A stretch of DNA of 64,000 nt from Phoronis australis (Eukaryota; Animalia; Phoronida): assembly GCA_002633005.1 (NCBI GenBank), contig NMRA01000257.1, forward strand, positions 385,737-449,736, given 5' to 3'. A program made the translations under genes and the position numbers. The notes under the pieces were generated by a model. It was not told where the DNA came from, did not search any database, and worked only from the letters and a program-made list of their open reading frames with translations. Positions 26,926 to 40,199 of this stretch are shown piece by piece (the first letter of the stretch is position 1; each line of letters begins with the position of its first letter).

Positions 26926-28292
26926 AACAAGAGCAACGCAAAGCCTTGAAATATGCTAAGGCAGGTTTTTTAGTATCATAAGAATGACCACTAGGTGGCA
27001 CAGAATACAATGAATCTGTTCCAAAATGGGCAGGCATCATCATCTCCCAAACAGAAACCTATTTAATTTCATGAAAATCCACCCAGGAACTCCAAAGATA
27101 CAGTGGCAAATGTAAAATAATAAAATTGCTAGGAGATACAGCGGTAGTTGGATCCTCCCGAAAGAAGTCGCTGTCTGTTGTCACGTTCATAGAAGTACAC
27201 GCCAAAGTACACAAAGCTCCAGTAAGGATTAAAGGAGATACAGGTATAAATGCAAAAATCTAAGCTGTCATTAGGGGGTGCCACACTCGTTGGACCTAGG
27301 AATTTGAAAATCAAAGTCAGATGTGTGGTTTAGTAGAGGGCAGACACAAAAAATGAAAGCGCTTTGAGGAACGATGCTTGACAACATCAAAAAAGTTAAG
27401 TTGAGGTCAACAACGAAACTTGAAGAAAATTAAGAACCACAACCCCAATGCTTATTTCACCAACACCAGGAAATGATGAAATACTAAATGTGCCTACAGG
27501 AATAATTCAATAAATGATAGCCATCAAATCAGAAAACATTGAATAATTCAAAAATGGCAAGTCGTAATGAGAAACCAATCACGCATTGCAGAAAGCCTGT
27601 GAGATCTATTTACAAACAAAATTTGAAAAGATTCAGCCAACGGATGAATGAGCTTAATTGCTCCACAAATATCAATTGAAAAATGGTCGTCACAGAGCCA
27701 GATTTCACTCATAAATAAAAGTCCTTGAGCTATTGACTAGATGAACACTGCATGGAAATTTGATGTCAATCAGACGAAAAATACAATCTAGCAGTATAGC
27801 ACGAATGTGATAGGACAACAGAGTGCTGCAGTTATGGCTCCACAAACAAAAATAGGGATAAATGGCCGCCACAATGCGATCTTGCTTCCTACTTGATTAT
27901 ATCAAAAATAATAGGCTTCAAGTAATTCACGAGACACATGTTCAATGTAAATTCCATGTTGATCTAGATAGGAAATTCAACCTGAAGCATGCGAACAATG
28001 GAACCTACCGTAATAAAAAAAAATTATGACATAGTAACAGATTTGGAGAAATTTTCTTTCCACCAAGTAAAAAACTCTTAAATAATAAATAAGCCACTAG
28101 GAGGCGGAGAATATGTCGAATCTGTGTTAAGATGGAAAGACATGGTCGTCTCTTTATTAGAAATTTACTTGCCAAATTTGGTAAAAATCCATCACCTAAC
28201 CACAGGCAAAGGTGAAAAAATAAATTGCACAGCTGCAGTCAGATCAAATCAGAGACATACCATCAGCGTTGCAGAAACATATCTGCCAAATT
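26926..28292 (-). mobile_element. Old, interrupted copy of the HINE/DINE-like family
   Basis: Begins aacaagagcaacgcaaagccttgaaat (compare 35604). Contains ccactaggtggca (26989) and gccactaggaggcgg (28093). The middle part resembles 7370-7990 in reverse. Confidence 0.6.
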
Positions 28293-28436
28293 AAGGAAAT
28301 TCATCCATAATCAAGGAAACTCATTCATAATCATGGAAACTAATTCATAATCAAGGAAACTCATCCATAACCAAGGAAACTCATCCATAATCATGGAAAC
28401 TCATCCATAATCAAGGAAACTCATCCATAATCAAGG
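28293..28436. repeat. 20-bp minisatellite x7 (aaggaaactcatccataatc)
   Basis: Seen directly. Confidence 0.92.
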
Positions 28437-28994
28437 TCAGCAGTGATCTTATATAACCTTAAATGACCACCAGTTGCAATAACTACTGCAATCTAATGAC
28501 TAACAGACAAAATGCCCAATATTGCACTCCAATAGAAGTTATGACATCAGGGCTGCTGCGAACTAATGAAACAGTTCACAAACCCAATATGCAGCAGTTC
28601 ACCAACTCATGAACTCAGACTGGACTTGCAAACACAGCTCACTGATTGCCATGATCACAGTGTCCGACGAACAAAAACGGCTTACGCACACTTCACCAAT
28701 TCACAAACCCACGACGGCTTATTCACAAATTTAATATGGTACATGGACTCCATGTCCACGTACACAGTGTTGGGCTGTCTGACGAGCTGAGTTACTGAGT
28801 TGGGAGCTGTGCCTGTGAATACGTAAGCAGTGTTTTAAGAATCCAGCACCAGGTTTTTGAGTATGTGAACAGAGTTTACAGGGCCCATGTGCCATGTTTA
28901 CAAGTCTGGAACCATGTTCATGACTATGGCAGCCATGTTATTGCATCCCCTTATCAATGAATCGTTGTTAATTGACTTCAGGAAATAAAACATC

Positions 28995-29161
28995 ATAGGT
29001 CTTGAAAGTTTCACATGACGTATCTTATTACAGTCACGTGTGGAACGTCATTGTTGTGATCATCATAATTGAAAGTAGTCAATCCACTCGTTAATGAGGA
29101 AATAAAACATCAGTTTACGTGACTGTAATAAGATACGTCATGTGAAACTTTCAAGACCTAT
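28995..29161. repeat. Perfect 45-bp inverted repeat with a 77-bp spacer
   Basis: ataggtcttgaaagtttcacatgacgtatcttattacagtcacgt at 28995-29039 and its reverse complement at 29117-29161. Confidence 0.9.
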
Positions 29162-32006
29162 CCATATTTCATTATTCAGTTGCCATGGAAGTGGTGCTAT
29201 GGAGAACATAGCAACTTTAAAGAATGCAAATGACACTTTTTTCCACTATTTCTGGTGATATGAACTTTTTGTGTTTCACACTGTTTGCTCTCATTATATT
29301 TGACAAGTAAGCATATATCAGAACACACTCATTCGATATGATATTCGTATAATATACATATGTCTGGGCAAACGTAAATAACTAAAATTGATACTATGGG
29401 CCACAGCGGTAGTTGAATGGGTTCGAAATCCATTGTAATCTGTCATCAGCTTCATGGAAACACATGGGCCAAACCTCTTTAGGATCCTGCTGGGGGGGGG
29501 TTAAGACATACCGTAGTGGACGCGAATGCCCAGATAGTGATGCTGTCAATGAAATATTTTATCTTATCAATTTATCGGAAAATTTAATTTAAAACAAAGA
29601 GCAACTAAATTTCAACCTATTTTGCTTGCCGGTTTTGAAAACTCAACATTGAAGATGTATTTGCATGCTCCGATTAATGTATAGCAGGAACTAAGGACAA
29701 TGCTACTTTAACAGAATCTATGTTAAACAAAGTGCACTTGTATTTATTGGCAACTTAGAAATGTGTAAACAAAAAATTCTGCGAATATATGACCTTTGCA
29801 CAACCTCACATACCTACTGGACATGGTTCAGTGACCTGTGCCGTGACTTGCATTTTCGCCACACAACTGGTTCTTAAAAACATCAGGCAGTTTTTCAATC
29901 TACTTCATATTCAAATCACCGCCAAAATCAGCAAAAAACCTACTCATGTCAGCAGCACTCACCCCTACCATGGAACTCCCCCCATTCCAACCATGAACAC
30001 GATGTCCCGGTTAAGTGGGATTTCATTTTGTCAGATTTCTCAACATTACCTTGGAGGACCACAGAAGCTGGAAACACCTATGGCTGGGTCACCTCTGACA
30101 TAAAACAAGCTTTAGGATGACAAGCAACATAAGACATGAGGTTGCAAGACACTGCAATCAGGGAAACAGTCATAGAGAACATGTGGAGATGGAATAGATG
30201 TGTAACTCCTCTAGTGTAAATCAATTTAACTTACCCAAGCTTGTTATCTTTGGAATAGTAAAATCCATTTTCGTTCATTCTAAAAAACAAGAAAGAGATT
30301 AGTGTTACCACAGAACTCTAGCCCTGGAATGCCCGAGTTTTGATCTCACGTGGCTGATGTTGCTCCGAGTATGCCTGGAAGTTGCAACACTTGTTCGTTC
30401 CAGAGCAATTTTCGCAACACAATATAAACAGGGCTTAGGGTGGAATGTCTGTGTAGTACAAACGAGGTAAAATTAAGAACTGCTATCACCGAAAATTTCT
30501 ACCCAAACAAATTTAACTATATTTTTGGAATATTTTGCAATATAATGGCCCAAAAATTACTACCGGAGGATCATCTACTTGAGATTTCGCTGTTTTGGAA
30601 ACTGGCCATGGGTATTACAGCTGCCTGGCTACTTGATCTAGATATATTACAATAATTTTACAATTTCCTTAAAATATATCCACATGTCATCAAGCACCAC
30701 CTAGGGTATACGAGGATACCAAAATCACATTCTTAGGACAAATAATAACGTACATCAACATCAGGCCAATGGTAAAAATGTCACCTTCTTTACTGTCACT
30801 AAAACTATTCACAATTCCACTATTTTTCAACCGAATTGCATAAGAGTCATATCACTCAAAAGCGAGTCATCCGCACTCAGTGGTGTATGATTATACTAGA
30901 AGCTAAAGGGGGATAATTCACTTCATAAATAATAGTAATTTTGTGTTCCTGACAGGTAACGTGGAGCGTTGACAAGTACCCGTGACACCACCGCAAATTG
31001 TGTGCTTCTACGGGTCATTTACTTTCATAAAAATGGCCATTATAAAGTGCAGAATGCGTCAAACCCGTCCAAATTGAGCAGGTGGCGTCGCCTCTTTAAT
31101 ACAAAACTATTTGCTAATTTCATGAAAATAAGCCAAGGAAGCCCAAAGATAGAGGCAAGCATAAAAAACAACTGACACAATAGCAGGCACAGTTGTAGTT
31201 AGACTGGTCCAAAACTCATCCTCATCTGTTGCCATCTCCATAGGAACACATCCACATATTTCACAGATGCTTCAAAGGTTTAAGGAGATACATCTGTAGA
31301 CACAAAAAACAAAATTGGGTGCCAGAAGTAGTATAGTGTGTTGTTTAGGCGCTACTTTTGAGAGGCACCTTAGTCAAAAGTCATAGGTAAAAGGTGAAAG
31401 GCCAAAGTTCACGTGTGATGGATGCAATCGCAAGCAATATCATACGCCTACTGAAAGGAAGTGACAACGACATCAACACAAATCATTGCATAATAGGTTT
31501 AATTGAACCTGTTAGAGAACGACCTCGATCAAAGGTCAAGGTCATGTGAGTAACCGGAAGTTGTCGGTAAACTGGAAGGAGGACGAGGTCGAATCCGAAG
31601 TTACGTGACTGCTGACATCATCAGGCACGTTAGGGCATGGCACCAACCACCACCCGGATGTTCTAAACAGACGATGAATACCTCGTTTTGTAGAGTTCAA
31701 CAGATTGATAATGGAAACATTAAATAAGGATTATGTTGTATCACCAGTGTAATTGTTGGGTTTGTTCACTAACTATGTCTAGAAATCAATGGTTGTCTGC
31801 AATCATACTTCAAGAGTGTCTCTTGACAATTTCATTGATATGAACAAAACTGAAGGGCAACAAAAAGGCTCCATTTGATAACAACAACACCCCATCAAAA
31901 TTAAATAAAGCAAACAGGACATTCACAGTGCAAACTCTCCAGGGTCACAAGCTCTAAGCATGGGTAAAAGCTGACATTACACTCCCAAGTTCTATGGTGC
32001 AAATAC

Positions 32007-32274
32007 GACAAATGACACCTTGAGGAGCTGTCATATGTATGTCATCAAGTCATCATAGAGGATGAAAAGTTAGATAGGAGGATGAAAAGTTAGATAGATC
32101 AAAGTGCAGTCGACAAATGACACCTTGAGAAGTTGTCATATGTATGTCATCAAAGTCATTGAGGATGAAAAGTTAGATAGATCAAAGTGCAGTTGACAAA
32201 TGACACCTTGAGGAGTTGTCATATGTATGTCATCAAAGTTATCGAGGATGAAAAGTTAGATAGATCAAAGTGCA
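32007..32274. repeat. 83-bp tandem repeat x3 (first unit has an internal duplication)
   Basis: gacaaatgacaccttgag... starts at 32007, 32112 and 32195. Confidence 0.9.
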
Positions 32275-33081
32275 AACTCCCTATTATAAACAATTAAAAA
32301 ACTAATTTCTACCACAAAAATTAAGCGAACTTCAACTGAAGCATTGTATGCCCTAGTTTGAATGACTTATCAATGCATGGTAACGATGTAGTGTTAATTT
32401 CACAAGAAAAAAAAACTTGACACTTATTTTTTTGAAATGTAATCAAGCATTATTTTTTCAAGAAATAAAAGTCTCAAAATACTTCAACTAAGTGCCCATT
32501 TCCATAATCAGGTGTTTCAAATTGGCTCCTTTGGCAACGCATATTACATAGGGACAAAATATGTCAGTTACAAAAATGTTATGTGACCCCGCCATGCCTC
32601 AACTTCGCCTCCAGAGGTACTGAATCCAAGGGTGAAATTTGGTTCTTAATGAAATGACAGTGCGGAGTAGACATTGTAGTTCAACCATTTATTCACTGGT
32701 GCTGACATATATTGTTACCAATATGACAAATTTCACTGTCTATCTGCAAAACATAATTCTGTTAAGTCTAACAATTGTGTAATACACTGTATATAATTTC
32801 ACATTAAATGTATATTTGCATGTGATTGTTACAAAGACAATCGTCTTTACTTAAAAACAGAATTATAGTTCTGTACAAACTACAGAATATTCAACAATAC
32901 TGTAAACTAAGTCAGTTACAGTTCACCAATTTCGAAACTTCATCATTCCATAGCACTTACAACTATGGCCCTAAGGTTTTCTAAGGCAAGCACATTGTTG
33001 ATCGAAACCTTAGATCCTTTTCTACTTTAAGCTTTTGCTTCCTTGTTTTTTTCTAGTTAAAGACAGGGCTTTCTCATAATT

Positions 33082-33900
33082 TGTGGTATAACGATTGAGT
33101 GTTGCGGTTGCGACAGATGGCATGCACGTGGTAGTAAAAAAACACGAATACTTTGACAAATAAATAGGTCTATTAGTTTGCAGTGTTGTGAGTGACTAAC
33201 AATAGATTACAAGTTGTGAGACTGACGACCCCCAGTTGAAATGTAGTTCATGAACTTCAACTATGAATTATTTTCAGGAATTTTGGTTCATGAAATACAA
33301 ATGAGACAAGTTCATGAACTAGTTCATGAATTAGGTTCGTGAATTCAGTTCATCAGTTCATGAACTCCAAGTTATTGATGAATTCAGTTCATGAACTGTC
33401 TAATTTGTGAACATTCTTGAAGCATTTCAACAGGGCTTTGAGTTCATGAACTGATATTGATGAATTCAGTTCATGAACTGTCTAATTTGTGAACATTCTT
33501 GAAGCATTTCAACAGGGCTTTGACTGAGACAAGATATCAATACTTGGAAAGGAACTTGTCTACAGTGCCACTTGTTACCAGTTACACGTACCGCAATAAG
33601 ATACACTAAAACTAACCCTCAAGAACAATCATCAAACTGGTTCAACTGACTAACAGGCCGAGACCAACGCCCACACGCCTGTCTACACCTCCGGTTGTTA
33701 CTTGTGGATTCTTGCCAATGTCGTCTTTCTGACACCTCTCGTTTGTGGTCTAGTCTTTTAAGTCTGCTCCTTTACCTCTGGTCTTGTAGGTCTTTTTGGT
33801 CTCTCTCTCACACCTTGGTTCTTGGTGGTCGTTTTGGTCTGCCTCTCTCATAGAGTCAAACCTTTAAATACTGTTTGTTATCATGTCTTGTGATGAACTT
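33082..33900 (-). mobile_element. LTR-family copy (intact 3' end, diverged 5' part) interrupted by a MITE
   Basis: tgtggtata at 33082 is the reverse complement of the tataccaca end at 42809. Shares gactgagacaagatatc, gagaccaacgccc and tttaaatact with the other copies. The 5' boundary is uncertain. Confidence 0.7.
33231..33517. mobile_element. MITE with 13-bp TIRs and many GTTCATGAAC palindromes; right end duplicated
   Basis: cccagttgaaatg at 33231; catttcaacaggg at 33423-33435 and again ending at 33517. It splits the LTR motif gactgacga...gactgagac. Confidence 0.75.
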
Positions 33901-34314
33901 ATACTCCTGATGTTGATAATTCTTATGTAATAACTATCATGACAGACCAAAGGCCAAGCCAGATAATCCTCACATCTCACATGTTATTACGTCACATCCA
34001 ATGTCTAACTAGAACATCCTCAAATCTTTGAAGTTGGTAATCCTTGCGTAACCTACGACAGACTCAAGTCTCAAAGTCCAACTAGATTGTCCTCAAATCT
34101 TTGCTATCATTGAATGCAACTGCACTCAATCAATTCTGTAAAAAAAAATCAATTACTATATACTTCTTGCAAATTGTAATATACAGGAAAATGACAGGAT
34201 TTTGGAAGACATCATTACATTACAAACTGAGTTTGGCAGATCATTGGTACTTAAAGCAATCACCCAAATCTGTCTTTAAAATGGTTTGCACGTGCCCAGG
34301 ATATGTTTGATAGT

Positions 34315-35018
34315 AATGCAGCATTGTGATAAACAACCAACAGATTACAATAAGTTGTGAGACTGACGAGTGGCTGACTGAGACAAGATATCCCTACTGG
34401 TGAAACAACTAATCAACAGTGGCACTTAGTCACCCATGCACCCCTTCGCACTTCAAGAGTCACAACAGAATTAACCCTCTAGATCAATCACTCTACTGGT
34501 TGGAATGATTAACAGGCTGAGACCAACACCCATGTTAGTGTTAAAGTGTCTATACCTCAAGCTATATGAACTTTTCTTCTCTTCTAGTGTTCGAAGTCTG
34601 GTACCGTCTTCTGATGGTCCGATTGTCTTTGAGGTCTGTAGTCGCAGTTTCAACTGTAGTCTGGTCTATTATAGATCTGGTCTGTCTTGGTCTCAAGAGT
34701 GAGTGCCTTAAATACTACTCTTGATGGCATCACGTGATGGATCCACCTCTATATGGGCATCTGCCTATAATGAGCTAATTGACTATCCCCTAGAGAATTC
34801 TAGCATAACTGCCACACTTCCTGGATTAACTACTACAGAGGTATGCCTATCCCCTGGGAAATGCTTGCATAACTGCCACTCTTCCTGGATTCACTAGCCC
34901 CTAGAAATTTTAACTACAACAGAGGTATGCATATTCCCTGGGATTTTCTTCCATAAGTTCTGCTAAAGACCAAGGCATGTTTGCATGCACGTGGAGGGCA
35001 TAGCCTCATTATATTACA
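34315..35018 (-). mobile_element. LTR-family copy, 3'-truncated
   Basis: Ends gagggcatagcctcattatattaca (the TGTAATATAA start on the minus strand); closely similar to 57063-57736. Confidence 0.8.
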
Positions 35019-35603
35019 CTGAAGTGGACCAGGACATGAACTCAGATTGTTTAAGGTTAATTTCACTGTGATGACAGAAGGAAACCACTGACAAAGAGTT
35101 GTAGTGATATTGGAAAACACTAATTGCAAAAAGTTTCAGGTCCTGACACAAGTTGCCCTCTCCATATATACATTCAATCATATATGTTCTGCAAACATCA
35201 GCAGTCCAATGGTCTAACTGAAAGACATTACTAAACAAAACATGGAGCATTGTCCTTAGAATGCTACACTTAAAACAAAGTTTCCTTTGAAAAATAAACC
35301 TGCGGAATACAATGAAAATCTGAGGTAGACTGAGGCCTGGTAGTTTCAACTATGCAGTCATTTCTTACACACTGCAGAGTACAAGGAGTGAATGATGCAG
35401 CCCACAGATGGCGCATGCGGTAGTAAACAAAATAACACCTTTGACATGTTGTGATAACCAACAATGAAATCAAAGTGACGCAACAATAGCTGACTTTCCA
35501 AATAGCCGTTTACAGCAATCACGTCTTTGGCAGACGAGCGTTCAGCGCCACCTATAGATCCCATATAATGCAATGCGGAAGGGTGATTCCAACCTTCTGG
35601 TAT

Positions 35604-37281
35604 AACAAGAGCAACGCGGAGCGTTGAAATGCGCCCACGAATGCATCGCAAATGGTGTGGTTTTAGGGTTATTTATTTATATCATAAAAATGGCCACTAG
35701 ATGGCGCAAAAACAATCCATCCAAAACGGGATCATGCCATATTCCATAAAATCTGTCAAGGAACTTCGGAGAAACAAAGGAAAACAGAACAAAATGAAAT
35801 TGCCACTTGTGGGCACAGCGTCCGTTCGATCCGCCTGACAGTCATTGTCTGTTATCTTCTCATAAATTCACTTGCTAAATTTAATAAAGATCTTGCTGTG
35901 TGTTTTGGAGATACAGTTATGTAAGAAAAACAAAACAAAACTACCACTAGGAGGTTCCACAGTAGTCAGTCGCCATCATCAAACGCCCTATAAGCCAATT
36001 TTGACAAAACCATCCCCAGAATGATTTGGTTGATCGAGGGGTGGACTCCAAAAACATGATTTGAAAACAGCAAAAATGGCCACCAGGTGGCGCAAAATAC
36101 CTTGATTCCATCCAAAAACAGGATGATAGCGTCATCTCACCAATAGATGCCTATATTCAAAATTTTATGAAAATCAATTGAGAACCTTTGAAGATACAGA
36201 CTGGTAAACATAAAAAACTAAAATTGCCACTAGGGGGCACACCAAGTCAGATCTGTCTGAAAGTCGTCGTCATCCGTTGTCAACATCATATAAATACACT
36301 TGCTAAATTAAGTAAAAATCCTCAGCAAACGGTTTAGTAGATACAGTGATAAGTGTAAAAAACAAAACTGCCAATAGGAGGCGCCATAGTAGTTGAACTC
36401 GTCGGAAAATCGTCAGCCATCCACATCATAGTAAAACCATACATGCCAATTTTCAAAATTATCCTAAAAGCGGTTTGGTTGACAGACGAGTGGATGGTGG
36501 CGCAAACTGGTCGAATCCATCTGAAAACGATAAGATAGCATCATCTCATTAACAGATGCCTGTATGCCAAATCTTATGAAAACACGTTGAGGACCTTTGA
36601 ACATACACAGGTAAACTTAAAAAAATGAAATTGCCACAAGGTGGCACACCAGTAGTCAGATCCGTCCAAAAGTTGTTGTCGTCCATTGTCAACATCATAT
36701 AAATACACTTATTAAATTTAGTAAAGATCCTTCGAACAGTTTAGAAGATACAGCCATAGGCACAAAAAAAAAAAAACTGCCACTAGGAGGCGCCACAGTA
36801 GTCAAAATCTTCGGAAAATCATCGTCATCCGTCCACTTCATAGTCAAAACATACTTGCCAATTTTCACAATCATCCTTCGAGAGGTTTGGTTGATAGAGG
36901 AGTGGACGCAAAAAACTGACTTGAAAACAGTAAAAATGGCCACTAGGTGGCGCAAACTAAGTTAAATCCATCCGAAAACAGTATGACAGCGTCATCTCAC
37001 TAATAGGTGCCAATATACCAAATTTTATGGAAATCTGTTCAGGACTTTTGAAGATGCAGAGGTAAACGTAAAAAACTAAAATTGCCACTAGGGGGCACAC
37101 CTGTTGTCGGATCCCTCCGAAAGTTCAGTCATACCGTCCCATCCATTGAAGAAACACATGTGCAAAATTTCATGAAGCTACGTCGAGGCGTTTTAGAGAT
37201 AGAGCAGCGGACGCCGGACGGACAGACGGATGGAGATGACGACATAATGCGTCCACATATAAAAAATGTGGGCGCATAAAA
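35604..37281 (-). mobile_element. Full-length non-autonomous Helentron-associated element (HINE/DINE-1-like) with internal tandem repeats
   Basis: On the minus strand: TTTT, subTIR ATGCGCCCAC, nearby partial inverted copy GTGGACGCAT, (GTCC/GTCT) microsatellite, tandem ~146-bp subunits, 3' subTIR GTGGGCGCAT, stem-loop CAACGC-TCC-GCGTTG, then CTCTTGTT. This is the established DINE-1/HINE architecture. Confidence 0.85.
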
Positions 37282-38206
37282 GGCGTACCAACGCCTTTCC
37301 CGCCACTGTGCCGGCAAATTTCCACTACCACTACAGACCGTTGGGATGTCTTGAGAATACAGGCATAACTTTTGTAACATCCATGGATGAACAAGGACAT
37401 CATGTTCCATACATTTCTTGCTGCGAAAAAATATCTGAGACAAAGCCAGTGGCCGTGCTGTGGCTGATAAAGCAGAATTTCGATTCTAGCCGGTGTCCAC
37501 AAGCTAAAATAAATTTGTTGACTTAAACCAATCAAACAATGGGAGGGGCTGACAGAGGAATTTATTCCTCTGCTTTTAAATTTACGAACCACTATGTAGT
37601 GACTGTATTTTTGTCCACCGAATCTGTGTCCGGATCTAGAGATAGCCAATGAAGAAGTCCTCTATTAATATGATTAGACTGATCACTGCGAGACTGAGGT
37701 TTCTCATTACTAGCCACCACACCAAATCCTTGTACCAGAGTCATTAAAGAGTTGGGGTGTAGGTATCAGCCGCTGAAGACAAGCACTAAACTGATTCGAA
37801 ATAATTAACTGCCGAGATCAATGCTCACATGGAATATCTCTACTCTGTCGTCTGATCAGCTGAGGTGGTGCGAGGTTTAATGTAGAGCGATGACCTGATG
37901 TAGCAGTGATGCTGCAGAGGCAGTGCCTAAAGGTTGTAAACCTGTTATGTAGTGTGCTGGCCTCATGCAGAGGTGATGCAATCTGAATATGTTCACGATC
38001 CAGCCATCTATTATATAAAATGCATCGTTTGCACAAACTCCGTCTCCCCAGCTCCACTACAGACCTTCGTTGCACTCGTTTCGGCACCGCCTTGGTCCCA
38101 GGTATTGCACCTGCCCCCTATTTGGATTCGAGGTGTTAGATTTTTTCTTGCGGGCCGTTTTTTCGCAGACGCAGAAGGAGCATGACCAGTTTCGTACTGG
38201 TCTTGG

Positions 38207-38246
38207 TGACGTCAGTTTGTCGGCTCAATGGCCTGGGTGACGTCAC
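38207..38246. promoter_or_regulatory. Two full CRE palindromes (TGACGTCA) 31 bp apart in a CpG-richer patch
   Basis: tgacgtca at 38207 and 38238. Function is not shown. Confidence 0.3.
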
Positions 38247-38981
38247 TCCATCGGCTTAATTTCACTCCCTCCGACTTCTGTCACGTATATAATTCATCGG
38301 GCCTGTCGCCACCAAAATTAATGATGCCTCATTAAAAAATTTTTACTCTTTCTTGAGTAAACTAAATTATTTACCCGGGTGTTGGAAAATTGGCATTCTT
38401 CAGTTATTGTGCTACTAAAATTGCGATGCGCTCTTTAGGCGCCATTGCGTCACCTATCGGGCCAATTTCCATGTTCTTCAATCAACTGTGGAGGTTGTGT
38501 ATATGTCATAACAATCGGAAGTGTTTCATTTCGTTACAAGTTTTTACTATTTTAATACCAAAAAAAACAATTTCTGAAAATACTCTAGAGAGATATCACA
38601 AAGTTTTGGAAAATGGAGCGTACGTGCGCATGTCACGAGATTGCACTGTTTTCAAAATGACTGCACTAGGATTTTTCTATGTTACAAAAGGCAAAGAATT
38701 ACGAAAAATAACGTTTACTAGATTTTGTTTACTTCTATAAATGGCTGTAACGGGCACTCTGAATGTCGATTCATTCCCAGATTCTGCATGCACCCCTGTA
38801 GGTTGTTAGCTCTTAAGTTTCACGATGAGGTGACGAGCTGAGCATCCGGGTTGTGTGAAATTTCGGTGTCTAACGGAGCTCTACGCACGGCTACCTAGCT
38901 GTATGTTGACGAGTCTTCATACAGGTAGCTGCCTTTCTACCTCAGTATGTACATTTATAATACAACTTTTGTAAATACATC

Positions 38982-39123
38982 CAGGGGCGGATCCAGGATT
39001 TGAGTTGGGGGGAGGCACCGCAAATAGAGTATTAGCCAGAATTTTGCCCTTCAGACAAATGGAAGCTGGGAGAATTTTATGGGGGGCCATGCCCCCCTTG
39101 GCCACCCTATAAATCCGCCACTG
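38982..39123. mobile_element. 142-bp MITE with a 5-bp TSD
   Basis: acatc|caggggcggat ... atccgccactg|acatc. Confidence 0.85.
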
Positions 39124-40199
39124 ACATCTATATACTTTGTGTACTAAATGCATTCTTAGTTTTCACTTTAAACTGAAGAATATCTGATTACTGTACTTTG
39201 TGTTACGGTAGGGTCAAATGTTCTGGAAAGAAATTTGTACTGCCAAGGGGAAGAATCCCACAGCCGCACACCTTAATTGCCTACTAAAATCTGACAGGTG
39301 ACAGAAATTCTGCTTGAACCTTTGAACACGGTCTCTTCAAAAGTATTCCTGTCTCTTGCGATGAATGACTCGATCAGTTCATTCTTAGATGTAGCTATTT
39401 CCCCTCAGCGTTTCCCACTAGCTGCTTGCCGAAAGCACCGGTAACTAACGGTAACTAACGGCTAGTAGAACCAGATTAGCATAACCTCTGGAAATTAAGT
39501 GGCATGATTACACTCCCTGAACCCAAGGGCTGTTTTTTGTCACAATTCTTGCCAATCAGAGTTATGCCAACCCAACTGTGAATATCTTATCAATATCCTA
39601 TACTTGACCCAGGGTGCCCGAATTCAATAAAAGAGGACAATAACAGATCCCCAACAGTGTTAGGCTACAGAGAAATGAACTTCCAAAACAAAACCATATG
39701 TGGCTGGCATCATAGATTATGCAATGTATGGTAAACAATTCTCTGAAACCAGCTAGTGACTCATCTAATCAGAATAGGATCTTGTATTCTAACAAACATC
39801 TTGGTAGGTAAATCTCACCAAAAATCTCACCAATTTAGAACACATGGTAGACTGGAAAATTTTTATTTTCCCATTTTTATAAATGATTCAGTATCATAAC
39901 AATGCTAAATGTCATACACAAGTTCTGTATCACAGCTACCAAACAGAAAAACATTTTGAAAAACTCGTTCACAACAACATTTAAGCCCTTGAAAAATTAT
40001 TTTTGTACGAAATTGAGGACATTTTACCACAACTGAGTAGACAGCATCGTGAAAAGACATCTTGTAGTTGAAGCTAGAATATACCCAAACTTAATGAGCA
40101 TGTAGAAAAAGGACCCATCACTATTGGCCAGCTTGGAGGGGCTAACAGAGGTGTGAACTGGAGCAAACTTAGAATATTGATACCAAGGTAATTCCACAC

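Noticed and set aside
34362-34390. CTGACGA in the LTR family as a hammerhead (retrozyme) core
   Set aside because: No stem II followed by GAAA in any copy.
37818-38087. 89-aa minus ORF with a phase-1 donor as an upstream exon
   Set aside because: Splicing T| to the AA of the 21431 exon would create TAA.
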